DNA from: Terriglobia bacterium
Lineage (GTDB): Bacteria; Acidobacteriota; Terriglobia; 20CM-2-55-15
Length of the DNA: 64,000 nucleotides
Assembly (NCBI GenBank): GCA_963664115.2
Contig: CAXWPJ010000004.1
Coordinates: 125,459 to 189,458, forward strand
Direction: 5' to 3'
Shown here one piece after another: positions 50,003 through 60,380 of the stretch. Position 1 is the stretch's first letter. The number at the start of each line of letters is the position of its first letter. The position numbers and the translations under genes are program-made. Below the pieces are notes generated by a model. The model made no database searches and was not told where the DNA came from. It saw only the letters and a program-made list of their open reading frames with translations.

Positions 50003-51838
50003 TCATTCCACAGAGAAAGCCAGCAAGACGTTTCCGGGGATGATACCCCCGTGATGGGAATAGCCGGAGTTCGTAAACACCATTCCACCCACAACTGTCA
50101 CGCCGGCGTTGCTCATGGAACCTCCGTTGGCAGCTACGAGGTTCACTGTCGAGAAGTCCCGCGCGGTGTCGTACTCCCAGAGAGTCCTGCCATCCTCGGT
50201 CGACAATGCCCGCAATCGGCCGTCCATGGTTGCGGAAAAAAGAACCCCCGGAATCGCGGTGACTGCAGCTGCATGGGAAGGTTTGCAGGGCGTCCGATCT
50301 GCACATGACAGAGGCCGCACAGACCAAAGCGTACGCCCGCTTCGAAGATCGAAGGCCATGATTCCGCCCGTCGATTCGGGTTCTGAGGTGTTGAAGTAGT
50401 TGTTCGCCGCATAGACGTTTTCGCCATCGACGGCAGGCCCCCACATAATGCCGCCGCTGGTGGTGCCTTTGCCGGTCGATTCCTGCCAAATGATTCTTCC
50501 TTCGTCATCGGGATCAAAGGCATAGACCATGCCCAACTTATTTCCCGCCATAAGCACCTGCTGTCCATTCAGATCGACAAGAATCGGAGAGTTCGCGAAG
50601 TCCGTGTCCGGCGCTTCGGGATCCGGACAAACGAAGGGATCGCGACCGACGGCCCGGCAACTCGAGTTCCAGATGTCGTCTTCCACAACCTGCCGGATCC
50701 ACCGAATCTCTCCGGTTTCCATATCGAAGGCCAGGATGGCATCGGAAGTGTTGGTCGCTGGTATGGAATAATTATTTCCAGTGCTCGCATATAACAAATT
50801 CCGTTCCTCGTCGATGGTTGGAGCAGTCCAGATCGGCACTCCTGAGGGACCCCAGAGCTGGGTTCCGATGCTGTTCTTGCCGATCGGTTGCGCCGCATCC
50901 GGAATCGTGTACGTCTTCCACAACACGTTTCCGTTTGCCGCGTCCATCGCGACCATACTCCCCCGAAACCGACAACAGGGATAATTCGGGTTGCGGACCT
51001 GGGACTCCACCCGCGAAGAAACCGGCACGTACAAACGGCCGGCGTGGAGAGCCGGCGCGCCCGTAACCACGGCCCGTGGATGGTCATCGATTCTCCTCTT
51101 CCATAACAACGTACCGGTTTCTGCATCCACTCCATATACATTCGCCGCCTGGTCTCCAAAGTATGCCCGAAGCGCACCGCCCTCAGAGGGTCCGACGCTG
51201 ACGGCGCTCCGGACACCGGCCTCAGTCTGGAACATCCAGTGAACACAGCCAGTCTCGGCATCAAGCGAAAAGACATCACCCTCAGCTGTGCCCACATACA
51301 AACGACCGCCAACGATCACGGGCTGTGTGCCGCCTGAGGTGGCCCCGGGGTATCCGAACGCCCATTTCAGGCTCAAGCGCGGAACATCTTCCGTGCTCAG
51401 ACCCGCGGAATCCGCTGGCTGAAAGCGTGTGTTTGTCAGGGTTCCACCCCAACCGTTCCAGGCCGGACCCGCCGGAGTGTTACTGAACCGAGCAACGTCG
51501 TCACCGCAATATGCAGACTGGGGGATCAGATCGAGGGGGACGGTCCCGAAGGCTTGACCCGACAGGTATTCGGCCAGAATACGCCGCTCGGCGCGGCTCC
51601 GTTCAGAAGCCTGAGCTCTCATCGTACCCGTCTTCATAACTTCCAGAATGTGTTCCGGTGCCATCTGCCTCAGAACATCGAGCTCGGGGCCGGGCGCTTC
51701 GGCGCCAGCGGCCGACTGATGACAAGTCGCGCAATAGGTTCCAAAAAGCGTGGCACCATCCTGTCGAGCCTGCAGCGGCCCAGCTGACATACCAACGGAC
51801 AGGCAAATCATCCAGGCTGCAAGGACGCGAACATTCAT
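50003..51838 (-). CDS. Quinohemoprotein PQQ dehydrogenase with N-terminal cytochrome c (PVA-dehydrogenase-like)
   Basis: Signal peptide, CATCH heme motif, LKWAFG, PQQ Trp-docking repeats, CCRFRG, TGNNY and GGIMWG motifs. Confidence 0.9.
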   Translation of the reverse strand: MNVRVLAAWMICLSVGMSAGPLQARQDGATLFGTYCATCHQSAAGAEAPGPELDVLRQMAPEHILEVMKTGTMRAQASERSRAERRILAEYLSGQAFGTVPLDLIPQSAYCGDDVARFSNTPAGPAWNGWGGTLTNTRFQPADSAGLSTEDVPRLSLKWAFGYPGATSGGTQPVIVGGRLYVGTAEGDVFSLDAETGCVHWMFQTEAGVRSAVSVGPSEGGALRAYFGDQAANVYGVDAETGTLLWKRRIDDHPRAVVTGAPALHAGRLYVPVSSRVESQVRNPNYPCCRFRGSMVAMDAANGNVLWKTYTIPDAAQPIGKNSIGTQLWGPSGVPIWTAPTIDEERNLLYASTGNNYSIPATNTSDAILAFDMETGEIRWIRQVVEDDIWNSSCRAVGRDPFVCPDPEAPDTDFANSPILVDLNGQQVLMAGNKLGMVYAFDPDDEGRIIWQESTGKGTTSGGIMWGPAVDGENVYAANNYFNTSEPESTGGIMAFDLRSGRTLWSVRPLSCADRTPCKPSHAAAVTAIPGVLFSATMDGRLRALSTEDGRTLWEYDTARDFSTVNLVAANGGSMSNAGVTVVGGMVFTNSGYSHHGGIIPGNVLLAFSVE

Positions 51839-52152
51839 AACCGTCTCCCTGGAAAGTGTTGGACTCCTATCTGGCCAATCTGGCTAAGAGACCTGCCCTC
51901 CGCCTCCATCCGAGCAGAACCGATTCGATTCTTCTGAAGGTGGGCTCACCTGAAAGGTGAGGCAGACCTGCCAGTTAGTGGATCAGAAGTCGAGCAAGTT
52001 TAACTAGCCGGCAGGCTTATACGCAAGAAAACTGTCGGTGTCCGAATGGCATCGTCGGAGCTCAAGATCCGGGTGTCTGGTGTAAAGTCTTAGTTCGGTG
52101 ACCTGAGAACCAGGTGACTTGGCTAAGGGTCGGCGTCATTTGAGGCTGAAGC

Positions 52153-53385
52153 TTGAATTTTATCAACACCATTACTCTGCTCGTTTGTTTGTCCGCGCTG
52201 TTCGGATACATCAATCACCGCGTCCTGGAACTCCCTATAAAGATTGGGTTGATGATCATCGCGCTCGCGATGTCCCTGGCCCTGGTTCTATTGAACTCAC
52301 TGGGAATCGGTTTGGCGGGAGAGGCGCGCGCCTTCGTTCAGGGCATCGATTTCAACATTGCCCTCATGCAGGGCATGCTGAGCTTCCTGCTGTTCGCGGG
52401 CGCTCTTCATGTGAATCTCGACGATCTCCTCAAACAAAAAGGGATCATCGCGATTCTGGCCTCGGCGGGAGTCGTCCTTTCTACATTTATCGTCGGGACG
52501 GCTAGCTATTACGCCTTCCGGTTGGTGGGTCTTGAGCTGTCCTACATCTACTGTCTCCTTTTCGGCGCACTAATTTCACCGACGGATCCCATAGCCGTAG
52601 TCGGCATCATGAAGCTTGCGCGAGCGCCCAAGACTCTCGAAACCAAAATGATCGGGGAGTCCTTGTTCAACGACGGCGTCGGCATTGTTGTCTTTCTCGT
52701 ACTTCTCGATGTGGCCCTCAGTGGTGAGGCATCCCTGCCAGCCATCGCGACTCTTTTTGTCGGCGAAGCGCTCGGAGGCGCGGTGATCGGACTGGCGCTC
52801 GGATACCCGGCCTACCGGATGCTGAAGAAGACAGATCAGTATCAGGTCGAGATCCTTATCACGCTGGCACTGGTGATGGGTGGCTACCGGCTGGCCAGTG
52901 TGCTCCACGCTTCCGGCCCGATCGCGGTTGTCGTCATCGGTTTGCTTATCGGCAACCATGGACGACGCTTCGCAATGTCGGAAACGACACGGGAGCACCT
53001 GGATTCGTTCTGGGAACTGATCGACGAACTCTTAAACGCGATACTGTTCGTCCTCATCGGATTGGTAGTCGTCGACATGACGTTCCGGTTGGACTACCTG
53101 GAAGCAATGCTCATGGCCATCCCGATCGTCTTGTTGTCACGGTTCGTTTCTGTCGGATTACCCATTCGGTTTTTGAGCTTGTTTCGTGAATTCAGCAAGC
53201 GTGCCATCCTGATCCTGACCTGGGGTGGCCTGAGGGGTGGAATTTCAGTGGCCCTGGCTCTCTCTTTACCGGAGGGTCCGGAACGGGATGCGATCGTTGC
53301 TATCACTTACGGCGTGGTCGCTTTTTCGATTATCGTTCAGGGTCTGACAATCCGCAGGGTAGTCGAGAGTGCACGGGTGGAGTAA
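52153..53385 (+). CDS. nhaP: CPA1 Na+/H+ antiporter (NhaP-type)
   Basis: FGALISPTDP, GESLFNDG and WGGLRG motifs. Confidence 0.92.
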   Translation: MNFINTITLLVCLSALFGYINHRVLELPIKIGLMIIALAMSLALVLLNSLGIGLAGEARAFVQGIDFNIALMQGMLSFLLFAGALHVNLDDLLKQKGIIAILASAGVVLSTFIVGTASYYAFRLVGLELSYIYCLLFGALISPTDPIAVVGIMKLARAPKTLETKMIGESLFNDGVGIVVFLVLLDVALSGEASLPAIATLFVGEALGGAVIGLALGYPAYRMLKKTDQYQVEILITLALVMGGYRLASVLHASGPIAVVVIGLLIGNHGRRFAMSETTREHLDSFWELIDELLNAILFVLIGLVVVDMTFRLDYLEAMLMAIPIVLLSRFVSVGLPIRFLSLFREFSKRAILILTWGGLRGGISVALALSLPEGPERDAIVAITYGVVAFSIIVQGLTIRRVVESARVE

Positions 53386-53414
53386 GCGCCGGCGGGTAAT
53401 GTCCGTGAAAAAAC

Positions 53415-55442
53415 CTAGTCAACTGACGGGCTGCCCGAACGCCGGAATGGGTTGGCAATATACTGTTCGGCTTCGCCCTGTGCACCGTAGGCGTCGTCGC
53501 TGGTATTGACGGCTTTCTGGTACTCGGTGACGGCGCGTTCCCGCTGCCCCCGGATGTCATAGATCTTGCCCAGGTTGACATAGGCCCACACCTCAACCCA
53601 GCGGGGTTCCAGATCGCCGTTCAGCGCTTCACGAAATACGTTCGCGCCGGCCTGCAAGTTACCCAGTTCGAAGAGGGCTTCGCCCATCCTGAAGTAGGCA
53701 AAAGAGCTCAATCTATCCTCATCGATCGCCACCTGGTACTCGTCGATAGCCCTGTTGTAGTCCCCGGTATTCGCAAAATCCTCGCCCCGGCTGACGCTCA
53801 CGGCCACCCGGATTTCCGGGGACAGTCTCAGAACCCGCATCTGAGGGTCGATCACGATCAATCCGGGCTTGCGTTCCGTAATGAGATCGAGGTCGCTGGA
53901 CGGTCCGGAAACCCAGGTCTCATGGAATTCGGATTCTCCATCCGTCAGGACTTCGACTTGGATCGGCATACGAAACAGATCGAGGTCCTGATTGATCTGC
54001 CCCATGATCTTGAAGCCTTCCGGCGTCCGGAAAACTGTGTAGTCCCGTGTGAATTCGGGAATACCGGCAGCGTTGATCCATTGATCGAAGAAATACGTCA
54101 GGTCCTCCCCAGCCGCTTGCGAGGTCACGTCCAGGAGATTCTCGGTCGAAAATTCTCTATCAGCGAAGGTCGTTGGAAATTCGTCCAACATTGCCCGGAA
54201 GGCATCTTCTCCCATCACGTCGCGCAACATCCGGAAAACGAAACCGCCCTTGAAACCTGCAAGGGAACGGTACTCGGCGGAGTCCCTGTCTAGGCTGCCC
54301 ACCGAATCCAGTGCCAGACCCCCTTCGTAACTGAGCGCTTTCACGAGCGTTCGCTCGACGTACTCGTCCGCATCACCGAGCGGCAGGGTTTCTTCGAAAT
54401 AAAATAAGCTGGAAAAGATAGCCATGCCCTCGCCCAACCAGGCGTCGGCTTCCGGATCACTGACAGCATATTTCAGTGGAAACCACTGGTTTGCCACATA
54501 CTGCGCCAACTCCCAGGGATCAAAGTCGGATCGAATCGAATCAGCCGGCAGCAGGAGCATTCCCGGTACCGATCTAGAAACCCAGTTCGCTCCGTCGATC
54601 TCTACGATTCGGAACGCAGGCGTCACCGATTCACCGAAGGTCTCTGTATAAAAATCAAACATCCCCACCGCAGCCGTGATCATCTCGCGGGCGGCTTCCA
54701 CGGCGTCTTCGAAGACAAGGGCTTCTATTCGAACGCCACTTTCCGACCCGACGGCGGAAGAGACTGGGGCAGGCGCTGATATCGATTCGTACGGACCCGC
54801 TGCCAGTGTTCCCCAGAAAGAGGGCTCGGTGCCCCGGAGGGCTACTTCGATCGTTCCTGTGACAAAGTCCGGCGGGGTGGAATCCACCTCGGAAAGCGCA
54901 CTGGCGACCTGCCAGTCGGACGGCAGAGTCAGATCAAGATTCATGATGGCCGCATCCTGGCCGACGCCGTTCATCGGATACCACTTGGCTTCGTCAAGAA
55001 AGAACGCGGAGTCCGCGCTGATCCGGGCCAGAATCGGATCAGCGCTACGGCCGTCCTGGGGCCTGAATTGGCCTGCATACTCCACACGAATATAAGGCTG
55101 GTCGAATTGACCCAGATCGCTCAGGTCGATTTCCAGCGTGGAGTCGATGTCGAACTGACGGAAACGCACCGGTAGCGGCTCCTCTTCTCCGAGATAGACG
55201 TCGATAACTCTCATGTTCCGGTCCAGATCAAACACGGCATACGCTTGCCGGTCCAACTGGACGAAACGAATTACGGCTGAAGCAATCAACTCCCTTTCAA
55301 AGGGATCGATCGTTGCCTCTATGGAATAGGACTCAACGTCTATTTGCGGACGGTCCGAGTCGACCGATGAGGGAACCAGTACCTGGGCGGCACCCGGTAG
55401 TGTGAAGAGAAAACAAACCAGAATGATTCGAAGATTCCTCAT
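53415..55442 (-). CDS. M1-aminopeptidase-like exported protein with C-terminal TPRs, lacking the HEXXH motif
   Basis: M1-like WYP, WL.EG.A, KG..VFRMLR..MG and DL..FFDQW motifs; the HEXXH position reads QYVANQWF. Confidence 0.8.
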   Translation of the reverse strand: MRNLRIILVCFLFTLPGAAQVLVPSSVDSDRPQIDVESYSIEATIDPFERELIASAVIRFVQLDRQAYAVFDLDRNMRVIDVYLGEEEPLPVRFRQFDIDSTLEIDLSDLGQFDQPYIRVEYAGQFRPQDGRSADPILARISADSAFFLDEAKWYPMNGVGQDAAIMNLDLTLPSDWQVASALSEVDSTPPDFVTGTIEVALRGTEPSFWGTLAAGPYESISAPAPVSSAVGSESGVRIEALVFEDAVEAAREMITAAVGMFDFYTETFGESVTPAFRIVEIDGANWVSRSVPGMLLLPADSIRSDFDPWELAQYVANQWFPLKYAVSDPEADAWLGEGMAIFSSLFYFEETLPLGDADEYVERTLVKALSYEGGLALDSVGSLDRDSAEYRSLAGFKGGFVFRMLRDVMGEDAFRAMLDEFPTTFADREFSTENLLDVTSQAAGEDLTYFFDQWINAAGIPEFTRDYTVFRTPEGFKIMGQINQDLDLFRMPIQVEVLTDGESEFHETWVSGPSSDLDLITERKPGLIVIDPQMRVLRLSPEIRVAVSVSRGEDFANTGDYNRAIDEYQVAIDEDRLSSFAYFRMGEALFELGNLQAGANVFREALNGDLEPRWVEVWAYVNLGKIYDIRGQRERAVTEYQKAVNTSDDAYGAQGEAEQYIANPFRRSGSPSVD

Positions 55443-55502
55443 GGTTCCTCGACTTGTTGTTAGAGACATAACAGTGTTAGACGTCCGATCTCCGATTCGT
55501 CG

Positions 55503-57713
55503 TCATGGAATCTGAACGATCGCCTTCCCGATACCCACGTTGTCATTTTGATCATAGATTCGAAACGCAACGACATGTTCCCCCGAATCCAGCTCGAGAG
55601 ATGAAAACTCGAAAATCTCCGACTGCGAATCAACGATCCCATCCACTGGAAAGACCGGTCGCCATTGCCCTGCGTCGACAGACACCTCGGCCTGCTTCAG
55701 CGTAGAGGTTTCGTCACTTGCATCGACGTGAAGATTCACCTGGCCCCCTTCCAGCCCCCGCTGTTCTACTGTGACTCCCGGTGGGGTGTTGTCCATTGCA
55801 AACGGGCGCGTTTCCATCTGGCCCGTCAGCGCCCGCCCGGGCGGATTCGACCCGACATCACTGGCGACAACTCGAAACACATAGGTCCCGTCGGGCAGGG
55901 TATCCGGCCGAACGGTGTAGTAGGACTCCGTGATATCGGTTTCGAGTTCCTTCCACTCTCCTTCATTGCCTGCGCGGTAGAGAAGGGAATAAATCAGGAC
56001 GTCGTTGTTCTCGTCCCGGGCAGTCCACCGAAGCGACTGTGCTCCCGGCCGCAATACATTTCGCGCATTCGGTCTGGGCGTGGTCGGCAAAACACGACCG
56101 GAGACTCCACCCCGGTTGATCGCATTGCCTGTGACGGTGTTATTGTTGCCCGTGGGCAGCGCCTGCAGCGCGATGCCCGGACGAAGGACATTGATTTCGC
56201 TTACCTCAGGACGGAAATTCTGCTGCAGGTAAGGGAGCGTTACTGAAGACAACTTCGGGTTTTCGTTCCCGTTGGAGGTCAACACAGCCCGCCACTGAAC
56301 AAAGCGAGCTCGGGGGCTGGTCACACCTCCATCCACCGTCAGTGCGGCCCAGTCCGACCAGGTTTGATCGGGACTTTCGGTGTTTCCACTGCGGGTTAGA
56401 ATCTCGACACCGTCCCCAGTCCAACTGGCCTTGCCCCAACTCGAAATCGCTCCCGTGTCCCTGACGATGGACTCGTAGGATCCCGACGCGGCTGCTGTAT
56501 CACCAATCTCAAAAAGCTTCCCGGCATTGGAGGACGTTGCAAAAATTCGGTCTCCGCGTGCGAGCAGGCGGGTTGTCTGCTCTTCAGTGGACTCCAACAG
56601 GAGTGTGGGGAGTTCTGGTGTCTGGAGGGAATAAATACGCCCTTCGGTGCCTGTGGAAAACAGGAGGCGGTCAGGGCCCGGTAGTAAGGCGAACACCATT
56701 TCGTCGTCCGACTCCCAGATATGGCTCACTGCGCCCTCAGGCGTTATCTGGAGGATCACGCTCTGAGCGCCGTCGTCTGCGTTACCGCCCCCGACCCGGG
56801 CATTGCCTCGACCGCGTCCTCCGGCGTTCGCCGCTCCTGTGTTCCCCTGCCCGTTCCCGTTTTGCTCGGCAAAGGCACCCTGCTCTGCTCCGACCGTAAT
56901 CGAAACCGTAGGACCCTGTCCTCTTCCCTGGGTTAGGGAACGGTCGGGGCCGCCCAGACCCGGGCCGTCGGGCGAATCGAGCACAGCCGCGTAGATAGTT
57001 CCATCATCAGCGACCACCACGGATCGCACTTCCCTCATCCCGGAGTCATAGAGAACAAAAGGTTGGCCATCCTCAGATATTTTATAGACGTAGCCTTTGG
57101 GATCTCCACCGGCAATCACGTTCCCGGCTCGATCCAGCGCCATCGTGATGATGTGGGTTTCCTCGCTGTCGTAGAAGATCTCGCTCTCACCGTCGTCATC
57201 GACGCGGTAAATCACACCTTCGTCACCGGTGGCCACCAGCAAACGCCCTTCACGATCAAAAACCATAGACCAGATGTAGCGGGCCTCAGGTTCAAAGAAC
57301 ACGTTGGTGTCGCCATCCGAGGTAATCCGATATACCTTGCCGTTGGGAGACGTCGCCGCAAACAGGGAATTGTCGTCGCCGAGAGCGAGGGCCAGAACGT
57401 CGAGTTCTTCCAGGTCGGCTAAAACGCTCCCATTCCCGCCATCATCAACTTTGTAAACCTTCCCGTCGTGCCCCGTCCCCAAATACACGTTTCCCGCACG
57501 ATCTGTTACCGCGCTGAATATGATTGGGTCGGGAGTGCCGAACACGAGATCGAAGCTCGGCGCAAGCATCAGTTGACCGTCGCCGGTCACCGACAGACCC
57601 GTCAAGTCACCCCTTCGGAACTGGTCGTAGGTCCGGGTCTCCCAGAACTGAGGGATAACGGCAAGTGCAGGGAGAACAAGCGCGATGGGTAGCAGCCAGA
57701 AGATTTTCTTCAT
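55503..57713 (-). CDS. Exported beta-propeller plus Ig/FN3-like hypothetical protein
   Basis: Repeated ATG..G.VY.V blades, TRSGNT..PD.TWSDW, LPDG.Y.FRV.ASD and DNTPP motifs. Confidence 0.8.
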   Translation of the reverse strand: MKKIFWLLPIALVLPALAVIPQFWETRTYDQFRRGDLTGLSVTGDGQLMLAPSFDLVFGTPDPIIFSAVTDRAGNVYLGTGHDGKVYKVDDGGNGSVLADLEELDVLALALGDDNSLFAATSPNGKVYRITSDGDTNVFFEPEARYIWSMVFDREGRLLVATGDEGVIYRVDDDGESEIFYDSEETHIITMALDRAGNVIAGGDPKGYVYKISEDGQPFVLYDSGMREVRSVVVADDGTIYAAVLDSPDGPGLGGPDRSLTQGRGQGPTVSITVGAEQGAFAEQNGNGQGNTGAANAGGRGRGNARVGGGNADDGAQSVILQITPEGAVSHIWESDDEMVFALLPGPDRLLFSTGTEGRIYSLQTPELPTLLLESTEEQTTRLLARGDRIFATSSNAGKLFEIGDTAAASGSYESIVRDTGAISSWGKASWTGDGVEILTRSGNTESPDQTWSDWAALTVDGGVTSPRARFVQWRAVLTSNGNENPKLSSVTLPYLQQNFRPEVSEINVLRPGIALQALPTGNNNTVTGNAINRGGVSGRVLPTTPRPNARNVLRPGAQSLRWTARDENNDVLIYSLLYRAGNEGEWKELETDITESYYTVRPDTLPDGTYVFRVVASDVGSNPPGRALTGQMETRPFAMDNTPPGVTVEQRGLEGGQVNLHVDASDETSTLKQAEVSVDAGQWRPVFPVDGIVDSQSEIFEFSSLELDSGEHVVAFRIYDQNDNVGIGKAIVQIP

Positions 57714-57750
57714 CGGTGTCTTCTATGTCTTGTCTCGAATCGAAACCGTC

Positions 57751-59645
57751 TTACCGGACGATCGTCAAACTGAGCGATAGTTGCCCCTGAATCACCAAAT
57801 CCGAAGGTCGCAGTTCGAACTCGCTCACGGGTGAGAGCTGCGTCCCGGACGTGTTGCTGTCGGAGGAACGCCCCGAATTGAGTATCGCCATCATGGAAGG
57901 CGGCAACGATGGAAGTTCTTCTCCGTCAATCACGGCTCCGGGATTCGTACTGAAGATTTTCACGTACAGACGATCCGTCTTTCTCAGTTCGTTCAGCTCA
58001 CGGATAACCTGCTCGAGATCGTTCGGCGGTGCCGATGGCGCGCGCTGGAGGTCGGAGGCCGTCATGGAGACTCCGTCACCGATGGTCAGTAGTACACGGC
58101 CCGGCGCCAGACCCTGAGGGATAACGACCCGATACTGCTCGACGATCTCGTTCCCGTCGGGAGTTCTAAGCCTTGCCTCCATCGTGACGCTGTCACCGGC
58201 GCGAACCTCGGTGCGGTCAACGCTGACTGCGTCGAGACGGGCACTCCGACGACGATCGGTCGACCTGACTTCAAGTTCGATCGATTCAATCTCAAGAGCT
58301 TCGAATCCGCCTGACAGCAGGTAACTGATCGGCGCCACCGTCGCTAATGTCGCCTGAACCGGCGCATTCAGTGCACCTGCGAAGGCGGTGTCGATCGCCA
58401 CCTCCTGGCCATCTTGGAGTTTGATCGTCCCGCTGACTTCGAGCGTCAAATCTCCAAGACTTCGCTCCGTCGCCAGGATCAGACTGAACAGGGTCATGTT
58501 CATCATGAGCGGCGTCATGAACCGGTCGTCGATCACTTCATACTCGTATCGCTCGACTCCGTTTCGGGAAGTCTGTAGCTCCACACTGACAGGGATCATG
58601 CTCGCGGCCTGGCCCAGACGGCCAAAAATCCCCGTGGACCGGTCCTGTTGAAAGTTGCCGACGGTATCAAGGGGAACGGCAAGCTTGAACGAAGTCACCC
58701 GATTCGGCAGTAACGCAATGACGTAACCGCGCGACATAGGAAGATCGGTGGGACCGGTGGACTGGAAGGGGTGTCCAAACGCATACACCTTGTCGCCGTC
58801 TACGTGCGTGACGGTACCGTTGGCGCTGACGCTGATATCTCCCCTTACAAGCTCGGCATTGATCGAAGCGCCTGGCAGTATTGCACCGCCTGCCACTCCG
58901 GCAATCGAGGCAGCACTGCCGGTTCCACCCCCTTGAGAGGATGTGAATCCAAAGGCTTCAAATACGCCCGAAAACTCTCTCACTGCAACGGGAGATACGC
59001 CCGAGAGAAACAGGGGCGTGCGGATGGGCTGCAGTCCGTTGGCCTCGATCGAAGCCGCGGCCGCAGACTCGGTCCAGGACTCGGGCAGCAAATAGCTTGC
59101 CGCAAAATTGCCCGCGCCCGATCCCGTCATCACACGGTTCATATAGCTCCGAACACCCTCCCTCGGAAGTGTCGCCGCCGCGAGAGATTGGGTATCGGCC
59201 CCGTCGGCCTGATCCAGAATGCTGACCATCTGGGAGATGGGCTGAATACCGGCAATCGGATCCGTCGATGAAGCAAATCCAAAGGCTACCGCTCCCAGGA
59301 GCCGGCCATCGATATACACCGGGCTACCGCTCATTCCCTGCATCACGCCCGTCTGGGCCAGAGGGCCGCCTGAGAGGCGCGCCAGAACCATGTCCTGTTT
59401 CGGCGATGAATTCTTGAGTACGCCGAGGATTTCGACGTCGAACTCCTCGATCGTTGTCCCGTGGAAGACTGTGCGTCCGATTCCGCGCATGCCTTCGCGA
59501 AGTTCGTCCACCGGGAAAAACTCACGGCTGGGTCGCCCACAGAAAGAACACGGCCAGAACAGTCCATCGCCTCATAAAGCTCTTGCGCGGTCAACGGCTG
59601 GGTCGCCCACAGAAAGAACACGGCCAGAACAGTCCATCGCCTCAT
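57751..59645 (-). CDS. SpoIVB-like peptidase S55 protein; 5' end disrupted as assembled
   Basis: GMSGSPVYIDG and AFGHPF motifs; open frame 57751-59511. The signal peptide at 59645 is out of frame because of a duplication. Confidence 0.8.
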
Positions 59646-59647
59646 AA
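59524..59647. repeat. 54-bp direct duplication of the S55 gene start, period 70
   Basis: ACGGCTGGGTCGCCCACAGAAAGAACACGGCCAGAACAGTCCATCGCCTCATAA at 59524-59577 and 59594-59647. Confidence 0.95.
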
Positions 59648-59686
59648 TCTTAGTCACCCACAGGATTCGACCGCCCAACATACGGA

Positions 59687-60236
59687 TGCTCAGATCATCG
59701 AATCCTCGTTCTCAGCGCACTGGCCCAGTTTGAACATCACAGGCCATGTCGCAATCTCTGGATCGCGTTCCGAATGGTGGCAAAGGTCGACTCAATGGGA
59801 TCGTTCTGATGCTCTGCCAGTGCTTGGCCGGAAAGTCGTAAAAGGCCAGCATGCAGGCAGAGTGTGGCTTTCGGATATCGGTTCATAGGTTTCAATGAAC
59901 AAGTCGAATGCCTTCTCGGCGTCTGCCTTCGTCTCGGCCTGCCGCAGGGCCTGTTTCGCCTTCGCCTGGACCGACTTGGGCAGGCAGTTGAGGACGTTGA
60001 CTTTGTGCATCCAGCAAACGTGTCTCGGGATAGATTTCCTCCAGTGCGGCCCAATCGCACCGTCACCGATGGCCAACTTCGGAACAATCCCAACTTCAGC
60101 TTCAACAAGACCTCGCGCCAATCGATTCCCGTACAGTTCGATCGCCAGGAAACGCTTCTTGCGTTCATTCACGCCGATCACGACCAATGCACACAACTGT
60201 TCCGCCCGAATCCGTGTAGATCCGTCGGCCCCAAAC
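59687..60236 (-). pseudogene. IS256 transposase fragment with many micro-deletions
   Basis: Reverse complement aligns by eye to 28287-28949 with near-identical blocks separated by short deletions; no terminal repeats seen. Confidence 0.93.
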
Positions 60237-60380
60237 GGCACCTCCCAAAACTCCCATAGAGCGCCTAAGTTTGTTTGACTTTAGCGAGTCCTTTCCGTTA
60301 ATGTTTCAATGGCCATGCACGGTCATTTACCGGTCGAGCGCCTGGAAATCCGTGGACAGGTTACCTGTGCATGGTAGAGG

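Noticed and set aside
51839-52152. Structured ncRNA or riboswitch between the PQQ dehydrogenase and nhaP
   Set aside because: Hairpins are present (CTCACC-TGAAA-GGTGAG) but no family motif was recognisable; a covariance search would be needed.
57751-59511. Evidence for sporulation (spoIVB)
   Set aside because: The organism has outer-membrane proteins, no other spo genes appear in the window, and S55 domains occur in non-sporulating bacteria.
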